A stretch of 64,000 nucleotides of DNA from an uncultured delta proteobacterium (GTDB lineage Bacteria > Myxococcota_A > Polyangia > Fen-1088). Positions 19,003-29,176 of the stretch are shown in pieces (within the stretch, counting starts at the first letter, position 1; every line of letters starts with the position of its first letter). Below the pieces are notes generated by a model. The model worked only from the letters and a program-made list of their open reading frames with translations. It ran no database searches and had not been told where the DNA came from. Location: contig CAVWIP010000012.1 in the NCBI GenBank assembly GCA_963755125.1, positions 288,001-352,000 on the forward strand, given 5' to 3'. The translations under genes were made by a program, and so were the position numbers.

Positions 19003-20664
19003 ATGGATGTCTCTGGTGTCTTGACAGCGTCCTACCTCGTGATCCTTCTGGCTCTCGCGGTCTACGGGTTCCACCGCTCGCTGCTGGTGTTTCTCTACTA
19101 CCGGCATCGCGATAGGCAACCGCAGGCCGCCGGCCGCTATGCCGAGTTGCCCGCGGTCACGGTACAGCTTCCGCTGTTCAACGAGATGTACGTGGTTGAG
19201 CGCCTGCTCGAGTCGGTCGCGACCATTCGCTATCCCCGCGATCGTTTTCAGATCCAGGTGCTCGACGATTCCACCGACGAGACGCAGGACATCTGCCTGC
19301 GCAAGATCGCGGCCCTGAAAAGCCATCATCCCGATCTGGACATCGAGTACGTGCGCCGCACCGACCGCACCGGATTCAAGGCGGGCGCTCTCGAGAATGG
19401 ACTGCGCACGGCCAAGGGCGAACTGGTGCTGATCTTCGACGCCGACTTCCTGCCCAAGGCTGACATCCTGGAGCGCACGGTGCACCACTTCGTCGACCCT
19501 GCCGTGGCGGTGGTGCAGTGTCGCTGGGAGCACATCAACCGCGACTTCTCGGCGCTGACCGAGGCGCAGGCGCTGATGCTCAACGGGCACTTCATCATGG
19601 AGCACGCCGCGCGCAACCGCTCGGGCCGCTTCTTCAACTTCAACGGCACCGCCGGTCTGTGGCGCCGCGCCGCCATCGTGGATGCCGGCGGCTGGCACCA
19701 CGATACCCTGACCGAGGACATGGACCTGTCGTACCGGGCGCAACTGCGCGGCTGGCGTTTCGTGTACTTGCCCGAGATCGACGCGCCCGCGGAATTGCCG
19801 GTCGAGATGTCGGCCTTCAAGGCGCAACAGTTCCGCTGGGCCAAGGGCTCCATCCAGGTGGCACGCAAGCTGCTGCCAAGAATCCTGCGTTCGCGCGCAA
19901 CGCTGGCGCAGAAGACCGAGGCGTTCTTCCACCTGACCAACAACTTCGCCTACCCGCTGTTGCTCCTCTTGTCCTTGCTGCTGCTGCCGAATCTCATCGT
20001 GCGTACGACCCACGGGGTACGCGAGGTGTTGATGATCGACCTTCCGCTCTTCTTCGGCACCACGCTGTCGATCGCGTCGTTCTATCTCGCATCCGAACGC
20101 GAGATCGCGCGGCTGCGCGGAGATCTCTTGCGCACGCCGTGGAGCACGCTGCGCCGCCTGCCGCTGGTTCTGTCGATCGGGATCGGGCTGTGCGTGAACC
20201 AGACGCGCGCGGTTTTCGAGGCCTTGCTGGGGCGCGAGACCGAGTTCGTGCGCACGCCCAAGCACGGCATCCAGGGCAAGCTGGAAAGCTGGTCGAGCAA
20301 GCGCTACCGCGCCGCCCGGTCGCTGACCCCGACGGCCGAGTTGCTCATGGCCGCCTATTTCATGGTAGCAGTCGAGGTCGCGGTCGAGCACGGCCACTAC
20401 CTGTCGGTACCATTCTTGCTGCTCTTCCTTTTCGGTTTCGGCTATGTCGGGACCGTGTCGGCCTGGCAGGGTTGGCTGGGCCAGTCCCTGCGTCGCATCT
20501 GGCAGCGCGCGGGGAACGCGCCCGCAATTTCCCTGATGGCTGCGCCGCTGGTTGCCGCCATGCCCGATTGCACGCCCGGCCCGGTCCTGCTCACATCGGA
20601 TCGGACTTCGCGACCGGCTCGGTCACGAGCGGTTGGCGAGCGGCAAGACAGCGCGACGATCTGA
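19003..20664 (+). CDS. Processive GT2 glycosyltransferase (cellulose-synthase-like)
   Basis: QLPLFNE, DDSTD, GFKAG, FDADF, TEDMD, QQFRW; several TMs; start taken at MDVSG. Confidence 0.9.
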   Translation: MDVSGVLTASYLVILLALAVYGFHRSLLVFLYYRHRDRQPQAAGRYAELPAVTVQLPLFNEMYVVERLLESVATIRYPRDRFQIQVLDDSTDETQDICLRKIAALKSHHPDLDIEYVRRTDRTGFKAGALENGLRTAKGELVLIFDADFLPKADILERTVHHFVDPAVAVVQCRWEHINRDFSALTEAQALMLNGHFIMEHAARNRSGRFFNFNGTAGLWRRAAIVDAGGWHHDTLTEDMDLSYRAQLRGWRFVYLPEIDAPAELPVEMSAFKAQQFRWAKGSIQVARKLLPRILRSRATLAQKTEAFFHLTNNFAYPLLLLLSLLLLPNLIVRTTHGVREVLMIDLPLFFGTTLSIASFYLASEREIARLRGDLLRTPWSTLRRLPLVLSIGIGLCVNQTRAVFEALLGRETEFVRTPKHGIQGKLESWSSKRYRAARSLTPTAELLMAAYFMVAVEVAVEHGHYLSVPFLLLFLFGFGYVGTVSAWQGWLGQSLRRIWQRAGNAPAISLMAAPLVAAMPDCTPGPVLLTSDRTSRPARSRAVGERQDSATI

Positions 20665-20815
20665 GGAATCATGCCGAGAAGACCTGCGCGTGCGGTTTTG
20701 TGCAGACCCACGACATCTTCTTCGGTCGAGACGAAGGGTGCACGTTGCAACTGTGGCATGTGACCATGGAGTTCGCGACGGATGACCAGGGCGGCCACCA
20801 CAGGACTGCGCCGCT

Positions 20816-21159
20816 CTATCGATCTCCGCTGACCTCGCGAAGACGTGCGGCCAGCCGATCCAGTCGCCTGTCTCGGCGTGCCCATCTGGTCGCGAGCGCG
20901 ACGGCCTCTGGCGTGCGGTCCAGGCGGAACAGGCACTTCGCGAGTGCGTAGCCCAGCGCGGGCTCTCGACTGCCCAGGGCTTCAGCGCGCCGAAGCAACG
21001 GCTCTCCTTGCTCGGGGCGCCCGAACTCCACGTCGAGGAGCCCAGCGCGCAGCAGCGCACTGGCATCGCTCTCCGAAGGAGAAGGGCGTGCGAGGGCGCG
21101 CAGGGCGGCGGCTCCTGAGGCCGCCAGAAGGTCTCGTTCGGCTTGGGCGGGTTGCGGGC
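20816..21159 (-). pseudogene. 3' remnant of a TPR-like protein gene, cut at the IS boundary
   Basis: Open frame GPQPAQAERDLLAASG...LLRAGLLDVEFGRPEQGEPLLRRAEALGSREPALGYALAKCLFRLDR...*; no convincing start before the IS end at 21160. Confidence 0.45.
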
Positions 21160-21843
21160 CTAGAGCACCGAACGGTTTGAAATCCCAGTCAAATCACGGC
21201 GTTGCGCAAGGCGGACAGGGCTCTCTCCGCCGAGCGCGCCATCGTTCAGTGGGCTGAGCGGCTTCGGCATAGGCGCTCGGTGGAAAGAGCCCCTCGCCCG
21301 TTGACGTTCCGAATTGTGGAAAATTGGCTCTGTTGATCAGGGTGTGATCTTGATGAATGCCACCGGCGACTATGGCGCCGGCGGAGGAGCACATGGCATT
21401 CGAGCGCTGGACACCACGCCCGGACTATACGAAGCGGGAAGAATTCCTTCTGCGCAGGCTGCGTCGGACGCGAAAGCTGTTCGCCTTTCTGCGAGACCAT
21501 CGGCACGAACTCTTCGACGACGGATTCCAGACGGAATTGGAGGCGATGTACCGAGACACTGGCGCGGGCAGGGAGCCAGCACCGCCTGCCCTGCTCGCGA
21601 TGATCGTCTTGTCGCGGAGTTACCTGGGCATGTCTGATGCCGAGGCTGTGGAGCTGACGGTGGTGGACCTGCGCTGGCAGATGGTGCTGGATTGAGCTAC
21701 AGAGGCGCCCGCAAGAACCTGTTCGATGTCAGGCGGGCGGCAACCGTGCAGAAACTGGAGGTCATCGACCGCCGCATCGTTGCAGCCCTCCCGTTTCAGA
21801 GGGCCGCATGATTATTCAGCTTTCAACCCGTTCGGTGCTCTAG
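21160..21843 (+). mobile_element. Internally deleted IS1182-like insertion sequence (non-autonomous, 684 bp)
   Basis: Terminal IRs CTAGAGCACCGAACGGTTTGAAA (21160-21182) and TTTCAACCCGTTCGGTGCTCTAG (21821-21843), 22/23 match including CTAG; transposase N-terminus 21393-21695 joined out of frame to C-terminal YRGARKNLFDVRRAA...QRAA* (21698-21811). Confidence 0.85.
21393..21811 (+). pseudogene. Transposase pseudogene (N- and C-terminal parts only; catalytic core deleted)
   Basis: GGAGGAG RBS, MAFERWTPR...LFAFLRDHRHELFDD...DLRWQMVLD*, then the C-terminal fragment in another frame. Confidence 0.8.
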
Positions 21844-22841
21844 TGGCCCGTTTTACCTCTACTCCCGATACCTTCTTCGTCGAGGAGGTGCCCGCCTATC
21901 TTCCGGTGGGCGAAGGGCCGCACACCTTCGTCTGGATCGAAAAGCGCGGCCTGACGACCCTGGAAGCGGTTGCGCGACTGGCCCGCGCGTTGGGCGCGCA
22001 GGCCCGCGACGTGGGTTACGCGGGCATGAAGGATCGCAACGCGACCACCCGCCAGTGGATGAGCCTGCCCGCGGTCGAGCCGGCGCTGGCCGCTGTCGTC
22101 GAACTGGACGGCCTGCGCGTACTGGAGGCGCGCCGCCACCGTAACAAGTTGCGCGTGGGACACCTTCGCGGCAACCGCTTCGAGGTCGTGCTGGGCGAGG
22201 TGGTCGCGGGAGAAAGCGATGGTCTGCGCGCGCAACTCCTGCACATCGCCGCCCACGGTCTGCCCAACCGTTACGGCCGACAGCGCTTTGGCAGCGCGGG
22301 TGACAACCTGCAGGTCGGCCTCGAGATATTGCGCGGCAACCGACGCGAGCGGGACGGTCGCCGGCGCAAGCTGCTGCTCTCGGCGGTACAGTCAGCGGTG
22401 TTCAACCGGGTGCTCGATCTGCGCGTAGCCAGCGGCGGACTCACGCTGGTGCGGCTGGGGGACATCCTGCAAAAAACCGACAGCGGAGGTTCGTTCGTGT
22501 GCGAGGAACCAGAGCGCGATCAGGTGCGCGTGGATGCCGGCGAGCTTGTCCCCACCGCGCCCCTGCCCGGCAGCCGCAGCATGGAACCTCCTGCGGGCAT
22601 GCCCGCACGTGCGCTGGAGGACCAGGCCCTGAGCGATCTCGGGCTCGCTCCTGCCGAGTTCGCCCAAGCTGGCCGCGATCTGCCTGGCACCCGCCGGCCC
22701 GTGGTGACGCCAGTCACACTGGGGGATCCGCCGCTGCAGGAAGAGAGCGACGGTCCAGGCACGGTTCGCCTGCGTTTTTCCCTGCCTGCAGGCAGCTACG
22801 CCACTGTGCTGCTCGAAGCCATGGGCGTGGCCACAAGCTGA
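21843..22841 (+). CDS. truD: tRNA pseudouridine(13) synthase TruD, possibly 5'-truncated by the IS
   Basis: FFVEEVPAY, GEGPH, GYAGMKDRNATTRQW, GHLRGNRF, PNRYGRQRFG, FSLPAGSYAT. The track's upstream extension lies inside the IS. Confidence 0.92.
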   Translation: MARFTSTPDTFFVEEVPAYLPVGEGPHTFVWIEKRGLTTLEAVARLARALGAQARDVGYAGMKDRNATTRQWMSLPAVEPALAAVVELDGLRVLEARRHRNKLRVGHLRGNRFEVVLGEVVAGESDGLRAQLLHIAAHGLPNRYGRQRFGSAGDNLQVGLEILRGNRRERDGRRRKLLLSAVQSAVFNRVLDLRVASGGLTLVRLGDILQKTDSGGSFVCEEPERDQVRVDAGELVPTAPLPGSRSMEPPAGMPARALEDQALSDLGLAPAEFAQAGRDLPGTRRPVVTPVTLGDPPLQEESDGPGTVRLRFSLPAGSYATVLLEAMGVATS

Positions 22842-22953
22842 ACCTCGGCCGGGACCGGTTGCGGTCATCGGCGGCGCGCCCCTCGGCGACAAACCTGTGC
22901 TAGCTTTCGCGACGGAACCGGCCTTTCCGGCTGGTCCTTCCTGAACGTGCACC

Positions 22954-23615
22954 ATGCGCATCACTGAACGCATCCTCGCTGCAACCCTGGTCGGCTCGGA
23001 CTGGGTCCTGTGGCTGCTCATCCTCCTGTCCATCCTGTCGGTCACCATCATGGTCGAGCGGGCCATCGTCATGTCGGGCCGTGCGCCGACACTCGACGAT
23101 CTCGGTGAACGCCTGCTCAAGCTCCTCGCGGCCGGCGACTTGGGCGGCGCGAGAATCTCTTGGGTCCGCCGCGCTCCCCCGAAGTGCGGGTGGCCCTGGT
23201 CGGCCTGGGCGAGCTGGCGCGCGGTCGCGTCGCCGCGGCCGAAGCTATGGCCAGCGCGCGGTCGCACGAGCGCCTGGCCATGGAGAAGCACCTGGGCATC
23301 CTCGGCACCCTGGGCAACAACTGCCCCTTCATTGGCCTGTTCGGAACCGTGCTGGGCATCATCAAGGCTTTCGCCGATCTTTCGCACAATCAGGGCGGCG
23401 GGGCTGCCGTCGTGATGGCCGGGATAGCCGAGGCGCTGGTGGCCACCGCGGTCGGGCTCATGGTCGCAATCCCGGCGGTCATCGCCTACAACATTTTCCA
23501 GGGCCGGGTGCGCCGCACGCTGGGTCGGGTGGACGCCATGGCGCACATGATCCTGGCCCGCTCGCGCGAAGAGAACGAAGCGGGAACCGCGGGATCGTCG
23601 AGCAAGGGAGCGTAG
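22954..23615 (+). pseudogene. exbB: MotA/TolQ/ExbB proton channel, split by a 1-nt frameshift near 23154
   Basis: Frame 1 gives the N-terminal TM; frame 2 gives [21 protein letters not shown]...[13 protein letters not shown]. Adding one A to gagaatctc joins them (ARNLLGPPR). May be a sequencing error. Confidence 0.85.
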
Positions 23616-23618
23616 GTC

Positions 23619-24092
23619 ATGGTGAGCGCGGCCAGTCGCTTCGAGGACGATGATTCGGGCCGGATGATCACCGACATCAACGTCACGCCTCTGGTGGATA
23701 TCACGCTGGTTTTGCTCATCATCTTCATGGTCACCACCACATACATCGTGAACCCGTCGATCAAGGTCGAGTTGCCCAAGGCCGCGAGCGGGACCGAGCA
23801 GACGCGCACTACGCTGGCGCTGACCTTGACAAAGGAAGGCGTGCTCTACCTCAATGGTGAGCCCTCGGACGACGCCGGGGTTGTCCGCTCCATCGCGGCC
23901 GATCTGCCCAAGAACCCCGACCTGCAGGCCATCATCGCCGCTGACAAGGTGGTGCCCCACGGCAACGTCGTACACCTCATCGACCTGGTCAAGCGCGCAG
24001 GCGTGCGCAAATTCGCCATCAACGTCGATGCCGCCTACCAGACAGGTGTGCCCCTGCCTGCGGGCAGCGTGCCCGTAGCTCCCACACGCTAG
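23619..24092 (+). CDS. exbD: ExbD/TolR biopolymer transport protein
   Basis: DINVTPLVDITLVLLIIFMV, VELPKA, IAADKVVPHG. Confidence 0.93.
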   Translation: MVSAASRFEDDDSGRMITDINVTPLVDITLVLLIIFMVTTTYIVNPSIKVELPKAASGTEQTRTTLALTLTKEGVLYLNGEPSDDAGVVRSIAADLPKNPDLQAIIAADKVVPHGNVVHLIDLVKRAGVRKFAINVDAAYQTGVPLPAGSVPVAPTR

Positions 24093-24103
24093 GGAGAACC
24101 ACG

Positions 24104-24877
24104 GTGGCCAACGGCGTCGCGCTCGGCGGGTGGCGTTCTCATGCGACCCTCTGGGGCGCGATGGTGGCACTCGTCGCGCACATCGCCCTGGCGCTGATGG
24201 TGTCCTCGATCCTGCTTCGGCCTAGGACGGGGCGGCCACCAGTCACCGTCGAGATCGACACCATCGAGAGACATCCCGCCCCGCTGGAGCCGCCGCCCAT
24301 CGAACCAAAGATCGAGCCCCCGCCGCCCGCACCCCGCGTGACAAATCGATGGCCCGCGGCCAAGCCGCCCGCGCCGCTGCCGCTCCCCAACCGCGAGGTG
24401 CCTCCAGCGCCGCCCAGTGCAGAACCTCCGCCGGTCGTCTTCGGCGTCACGCCCGAATCAGTCGTCGAGGGTGAAAGTGGGGTGGCGGTGCCGGTGGGAA
24501 ACACGTTGATGACCAAGGATCGCACGCCGGCCAAGGAACCGCCTGCGCCGCTTCCGCCTGCGGTCGACCCTAACGCCTTCGCGCCCGTGGCTGACAACTT
24601 GATAGCCGAGGATGCAGCCAGGATCGTCGAGGTCAAGCCCGAGTACCCGGCCGAGGCGCGGCGGCTGCAAATCGAGGGCCAGGTGAAGCTGCGCGTGGCC
24701 ATCGATCGCCAGGGCAACATTCGGTGGACACGAGTCATCAAGTCGGCCGGCTACGGCATGGACGAGGCCGCGAAGCAGGGCCTGGCTCGGACCAAGTTCA
24801 GGCCTGCCCGTGCCTACGACGGACGCGCGGTCGACCAAGTCATCACTCTCACCTACACGTTTCAGCTGCGAGACTGA
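24104..24877 (+). CDS. tonB: TonB-family energy transducer
   Basis: N-terminal TM with conserved His, Pro-rich spacer, C-terminal PEYPAEARRLQIEGQV...FRPA domain. Confidence 0.88.
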   Translation: MANGVALGGWRSHATLWGAMVALVAHIALALMVSSILLRPRTGRPPVTVEIDTIERHPAPLEPPPIEPKIEPPPPAPRVTNRWPAAKPPAPLPLPNREVPPAPPSAEPPPVVFGVTPESVVEGESGVAVPVGNTLMTKDRTPAKEPPAPLPPAVDPNAFAPVADNLIAEDAARIVEVKPEYPAEARRLQIEGQVKLRVAIDRQGNIRWTRVIKSAGYGMDEAAKQGLARTKFRPARAYDGRAVDQVITLTYTFQLRD

Positions 24878-24934
24878 AAGGTGGACAAGGCCGCGCAACG
24901 CCGGTTATCCTCGGTGTGGATTTTCCTGCGCGCC

Positions 24935-26920
24935 ATGCGTGGAGCCCCCTTTGCCCTAGCCTGTTTTGTCAGCGCCCTGTACCCGGGCGCGTCGGTTTGG
25001 GCACAGGGCGTAGCGAGCGGCCCGACTGCGGATCGGTCGTTCGACATCCAGCTTTTCCACCCGGCGGTTGGCCGCAATAGCTACGTCACCCTGGACAGTG
25101 CCGATGTTCCGGGGCACCTCCTGTACAACGTGGGCCTGCTGACCAACTATCAATACGGCGCCTTCGCACTCGACTCCACCATGAACGGCAGCACCCAACA
25201 GCTCGATGTCGTGCGCCACCAGGCCATGGCCGAGCTGTACGGGGCGGTGGGACTCTTCAACCTGTTCGAGGTCGGCGTCGCTCTGCCCATGACCTTGTAC
25301 CTGTCGGGTGACGACTTCGATGCCACGGGCCAGGGCACCGGCACCTCGATCGACGCCCATGGGATCGGCGACCTGCGGGTCGAGGGTAAGGCTGCGCTGT
25401 GGGCGTTTGGCCGCGATCAGGCCTTCGTGTTCGGCCTGTCCGCAGGTGCGACCTTTCCCACCGGCGGTTCGGCGAACTTCCTCGGCGACAAGACCGTCAC
25501 CGGCCGGGGCCGGGTCTTGCTCGAATACCAGAGCTCGGATCGCTTCCGCGCCCTGGTCATGCTGGGAGCCTTGCTGCGAGAGAAATCACATTTTTTCGAC
25601 GCCGTGCAGGGGGACCAGATGTTGTACGGCGCAGCGGTCGACTACCGCGTGCTGCCCGACATGTCGGTACTAGCTGAGCTCACCGGTCGGGTCGGTTCGT
25701 TGAGCTACGTCGACGCCAATCCGGCCGAGCTCGACATGGCCATGCGCGCTTACCTGCCCTCCATGTTCAGTCTGTTGATGGGCGTCGGCGTGGGCCTCGA
25801 CCACGGCATCGGCAGTCCCATGTTCCGCGGTTTCGTGGGTCTGGGCTGGGCACCGGATTTTCGCGACCGGGACCATGACGGCATCATCGATATTCTCGAT
25901 CGCTGCCCCGACGAACCCGAGGACAAGGACGGTTTCCAGGACGACGACGGCTGCCCCGACGAGGACAACGACAATGACGGCATCCCCGACGCCCTCGACA
26001 AGTGCCCCAACGAGCCCGAGGATTTCGACGGCTTCCAGGATGAGGACGGCTGCCCTGACCCTGACAATGACCACGACGGCATCCCTGACGTCGACGACGC
26101 CTGCCCCAACGAGCCCGAGGACGGCAAGGGCAAGCGTCCCTTCGACGGCTGTCCGAGCACGGTGGAGGACTCCGACGGCGACGGCATCCCCGACGTGAAG
26201 GACCTGTGTCCGGAAGAGCCCGAGGACAAGGACGGTTTCCAGGACGACGACGGTTGCCCCGACCCCGACAATGACAACGACGGCGTCCCCGATATCTACG
26301 ATGCCTGCCCCAACGACCCCGAGGACATGGACGGCTTCGAAGACGACGATGGCTGCCCCGACCTGGACAACGACAAGGATGGGATTCCGGACAAACTGGA
26401 CAGGTGTCCCAACGAACCGGAGACGCTCAATGGCTACAAGGACGACAACGGCTGTCCTGACCCAGGCGCGCCGATCGTCGTGCTCCGTGAGGACAAGATC
26501 GACATCATTGAGCGCATCACCTTCCTGCCCGGTCAGACCGAGCTGAGTCCCGCGGGCCTCAGCATCGTCAAGCTGGTGGCCATGGTCATGCGCGGGCACA
26601 CCGAGCTGGCGCGCGTGCGCATCGACGTGCGCGCCGACGGCGTGACCGAGGACACCATGCGGGGACGCGCCCAGGAGGTGGCCAAGGCCCTTACGGCCCA
26701 TGGCGTTGATGCCAAGCGACTCAAGCTGGGCAACGTGAGTTCCGGCTCCGGTCGCGTCCAGTTCATCATCGAGAGCCGCTCGGCGCCCAGGAATATCAAG
26801 GCCCGTTTCCCAGCGGCGCCCCAGACGGCCCCCGAAACGCCGCCACCCCAGGCACCACCCACTGAGACGGCTCCACCCCAGGCACCGTCCCCTGAAACAC
26901 CACCACCCCAGGCGCCCTAA
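24935..26920 (+). CDS. Outer-membrane protein: beta-barrel + thrombospondin type-3 repeats + degenerate OmpA-like domain (TraB-like architecture)
   Basis: Signal peptide, GIGDLR barrel motif, six ~33-aa DxDxDGxxDxxDxCP repeats, OmpA-like C-domain, PPQAP tail. Start 24881 or 24935. Confidence 0.85.
   Translation: MRGAPFALACFVSALYPGASVWAQGVASGPTADRSFDIQLFHPAVGRNSYVTLDSADVPGHLLYNVGLLTNYQYGAFALDSTMNGSTQQLDVVRHQAMAELYGAVGLFNLFEVGVALPMTLYLSGDDFDATGQGTGTSIDAHGIGDLRVEGKAALWAFGRDQAFVFGLSAGATFPTGGSANFLGDKTVTGRGRVLLEYQSSDRFRALVMLGALLREKSHFFDAVQGDQMLYGAAVDYRVLPDMSVLAELTGRVGSLSYVDANPAELDMAMRAYLPSMFSLLMGVGVGLDHGIGSPMFRGFVGLGWAPDFRDRDHDGIIDILDRCPDEPEDKDGFQDDDGCPDEDNDNDGIPDALDKCPNEPEDFDGFQDEDGCPDPDNDHDGIPDVDDACPNEPEDGKGKRPFDGCPSTVEDSDGDGIPDVKDLCPEEPEDKDGFQDDDGCPDPDNDNDGVPDIYDACPNDPEDMDGFEDDDGCPDLDNDKDGIPDKLDRCPNEPETLNGYKDDNGCPDPGAPIVVLREDKIDIIERITFLPGQTELSPAGLSIVKLVAMVMRGHTELARVRIDVRADGVTEDTMRGRAQEVAKALTAHGVDAKRLKLGNVSSGSGRVQFIIESRSAPRNIKARFPAAPQTAPETPPPQAPPTETAPPQAPSPETPPPQAP
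25865..26464 (+). repeat. Six coding TSP3 Ca-binding repeats (~99 bp each)
   Basis: Repeated gacaacgacggcatccccgac...tgcccc...gaggacaaggacggtttccaggac units. Confidence 0.9.
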
Positions 26921-26950
26921 CCCGGTTCGGTTTACACTGGTTCAAGCGAC

Positions 26951-27724
26951 ATGAAACCCCGAGGCTGGGCCGTCACCGACGTTGGCCGCAAGCGCGAGCA
27001 CAACGAGGACAGTTTCCTGTGCAGCGATGAGTTGCAGCTCTACGCCGTGGCCGACGGCATGGGTGGCCACCTCGGGGGAGAGCGCGCCAGTCGCATGGCG
27101 GCCGAGATCCTGGAACGCGAGATGGCCGCGCGCCTGGCGAAGGGCCCACGCGCGGAACTGACCGGCGAGGCGATGGCGCAGGCTCTCACTGAATCGACTG
27201 CGGCTGCGTCACGGGCGATCTTCGAGAGTGCCCAGTGCGAGCCGAACTATGCGGGCATGGGCACCACCCTGACAGGCCTGTGTTTCCACGGCGGGAGCGT
27301 GACCCTGTGCCACGTGGGGGACTCGCGCGCGTACCTCTTCCGCGACGGGCGCGCGCGCCAACTCACCAACGATCACTCGTGGGTTCAGGAACAGGTGCGG
27401 GCGGGCCTGGTCTCTGCTGACGATGTCTTGGTTTCCCGCTTTCGCAACATCATCACGCGGTCGGTGGGCTTCGAGCCTGGCGTTTCCCCCGACAGCCTGA
27501 CGGTGCTGGTGGAAACGGGCGACTGCTTCCTCTTGTGCTCCGATGGCCTGTGTAACTACTTTTCCCCCGAAGAACTGGCCAGCGTGCTGAGCAAGAATTT
27601 CTATGGCGAAGCCGGAGCGGCCCTGGTCACCATGGCCAACGAGCGCGGGGGCGACGACAACATCACCTGCGTGATCGTGTACGTCGCGAACGTGCTTGCT
27701 GGGCCTACCGATTCGACCGCCTGA
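26951..27724 (+). CDS. PP2C-family Ser/Thr protein phosphatase (Stp1/PrpC type)
   Basis: TDVGRKREHNED, VADGMGGH, MGTT, HVGDSRAY, LCSDGL, GGDDNIT. Confidence 0.95.
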   Translation: MKPRGWAVTDVGRKREHNEDSFLCSDELQLYAVADGMGGHLGGERASRMAAEILEREMAARLAKGPRAELTGEAMAQALTESTAAASRAIFESAQCEPNYAGMGTTLTGLCFHGGSVTLCHVGDSRAYLFRDGRARQLTNDHSWVQEQVRAGLVSADDVLVSRFRNIITRSVGFEPGVSPDSLTVLVETGDCFLLCSDGLCNYFSPEELASVLSKNFYGEAGAALVTMANERGGDDNITCVIVYVANVLAGPTDSTA

Positions 27725-27748
27725 GCTGCGGAGGCGCGCTTGGAACAG

Positions 27749-29176
27749 CTAAGGGCCACGAGGCCAAAGAAAGCTCATGTGCAATGCCGCCTGACCCACC
27801 GCATAGGCCAGCACCACGAGGTGCGCCCGGCGAGACTTGACGTAGTCGTCTAAGAATACAAATACGATGAAGATGAATCCCAGTAGAGCTGGCATCACCA
27901 ACCGCGCCAGCCAATAGCCCGCCTCATAGACGTACCCAATATAGGGCAACAGGCACGCGATATTGGCGAAAAACGCCAGACTGAAACCCAGGACGATCAC
28001 CTGCTCGCGCAGCGGTCGACACGCGAGTTGGGATCGATCGCGCCACAGGAAGAATAGGATGCGCAGCAGGCAGGCGACGACTGCGACGACGGTCAACGCG
28101 CTCAAGAGAATGGCGGACTTGACCGTGAGTGCCATGCGCGATTGGTTCTGTTCGCTTCGCGCCCCGAAGTACCAGTCGGTCTCGTCGTACTGAAAGATAT
28201 TCAGCACGTCCGTGTACATCGACAAATGAAGCAGCGCGGGGTAGCTGTGCTTATTGTTGATCGAGAGGTTAAAGACTGGCTCTCCATTTACCAAGATGGT
28301 TTCGTCATAACTCGGCGCATGCAGGATTTCTCGGTCGGCCTGCTTGAGGAAAACCAGATTTCGCCATTGCATTTCGTGTCGCCATGTCTGCTTCCACCGT
28401 TCATCGGTGCGTGAATCTCGGTAGTGTCGATACTCGCTGCGCGCGAGTGTTGCCGGTATCGCAACAATCAAGAACAGGGCGACCACCCAAGTCGCGCGAC
28501 TCGCAAAACTGCGGCGGAAGAAGACCAGCAGCAAGAGCGTTACGGCCACCGCCGAGACCATCGTGTATTTTGCCAACAGCCCGAGCATCAGCGTTGCCGA
28601 AAGCAGGGCCGCCAGTACCAGTTGTTTTCGTGGGTTTCTCGTGCGGAGCATCCTCGCGAATAGCAAGATCACGAGACTGAACGGCAAGACGGCCAGCCCA
28701 TCAGTGGCAAGAACTTCCGAGTGGATGAGTCGGAACGGTAAGAACGCCAGCGTGAGCAGGGCAGCGATACGCAAGAGCGGACTCCGGATCATCGACTGAC
28801 TCAATTTGAACCAGGCATAGAGCGCGAACATATTGAGAATCACGAGAATCAGGCTGAGCACTGCCTCGTAATTGGCGGACAACGTAATATGGTGAATGAA
28901 CGCCCCCAACCAATACAGAAGAGGAGGATTGCTGGTTTCGTGGAGCCACCAGTGTGCCGTTTGCATCGCGTGCAGGATGCTATTGGAATGTTGAGGATAA
29001 TCCTGCCCCATGTAGCCATGGTGCAAAAGGGCATTGCCCTGTACCAGGAAGCTGACCAGGAGGATGCCCACCATTGCGCGCACCTCCCACCGTCTGCTTG
29101 GGGAAACCTGAGGTTGAGTTTCTGTCGGCTGCGCGCTCATCGGGTCGGTAGCAGGACCCAGTTTACTTCCCTTCAT
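27749..29176 (-). CDS. Polytopic membrane protein, probable GT-C-fold glycosyltransferase
   Basis: About 11 TMs; QDY, NPPLLYW and AKYT motifs resembling ArnT/PMT-like proteins; lower GC than neighbours. Confidence 0.6.
   Translation of the reverse strand: MKGSKLGPATDPMSAQPTETQPQVSPSRRWEVRAMVGILLVSFLVQGNALLHHGYMGQDYPQHSNSILHAMQTAHWWLHETSNPPLLYWLGAFIHHITLSANYEAVLSLILVILNMFALYAWFKLSQSMIRSPLLRIAALLTLAFLPFRLIHSEVLATDGLAVLPFSLVILLFARMLRTRNPRKQLVLAALLSATLMLGLLAKYTMVSAVAVTLLLLVFFRRSFASRATWVVALFLIVAIPATLARSEYRHYRDSRTDERWKQTWRHEMQWRNLVFLKQADREILHAPSYDETILVNGEPVFNLSINNKHSYPALLHLSMYTDVLNIFQYDETDWYFGARSEQNQSRMALTVKSAILLSALTVVAVVACLLRILFFLWRDRSQLACRPLREQVIVLGFSLAFFANIACLLPYIGYVYEAGYWLARLVMPALLGFIFIVFVFLDDYVKSRRAHLVVLAYAVGQAALHMSFLWPRGP

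Noticed and set aside
21326..21340. GGCTCTGTTG as an IS left end
   Set aside because: No complementary right end found; the real IR pair is 21160-21182 and 21821-21843.
21726..21842. N-terminal extension of TruD in the ORF track
   Set aside because: It lies inside the IS, overlapping the transposase tail and the right IR.
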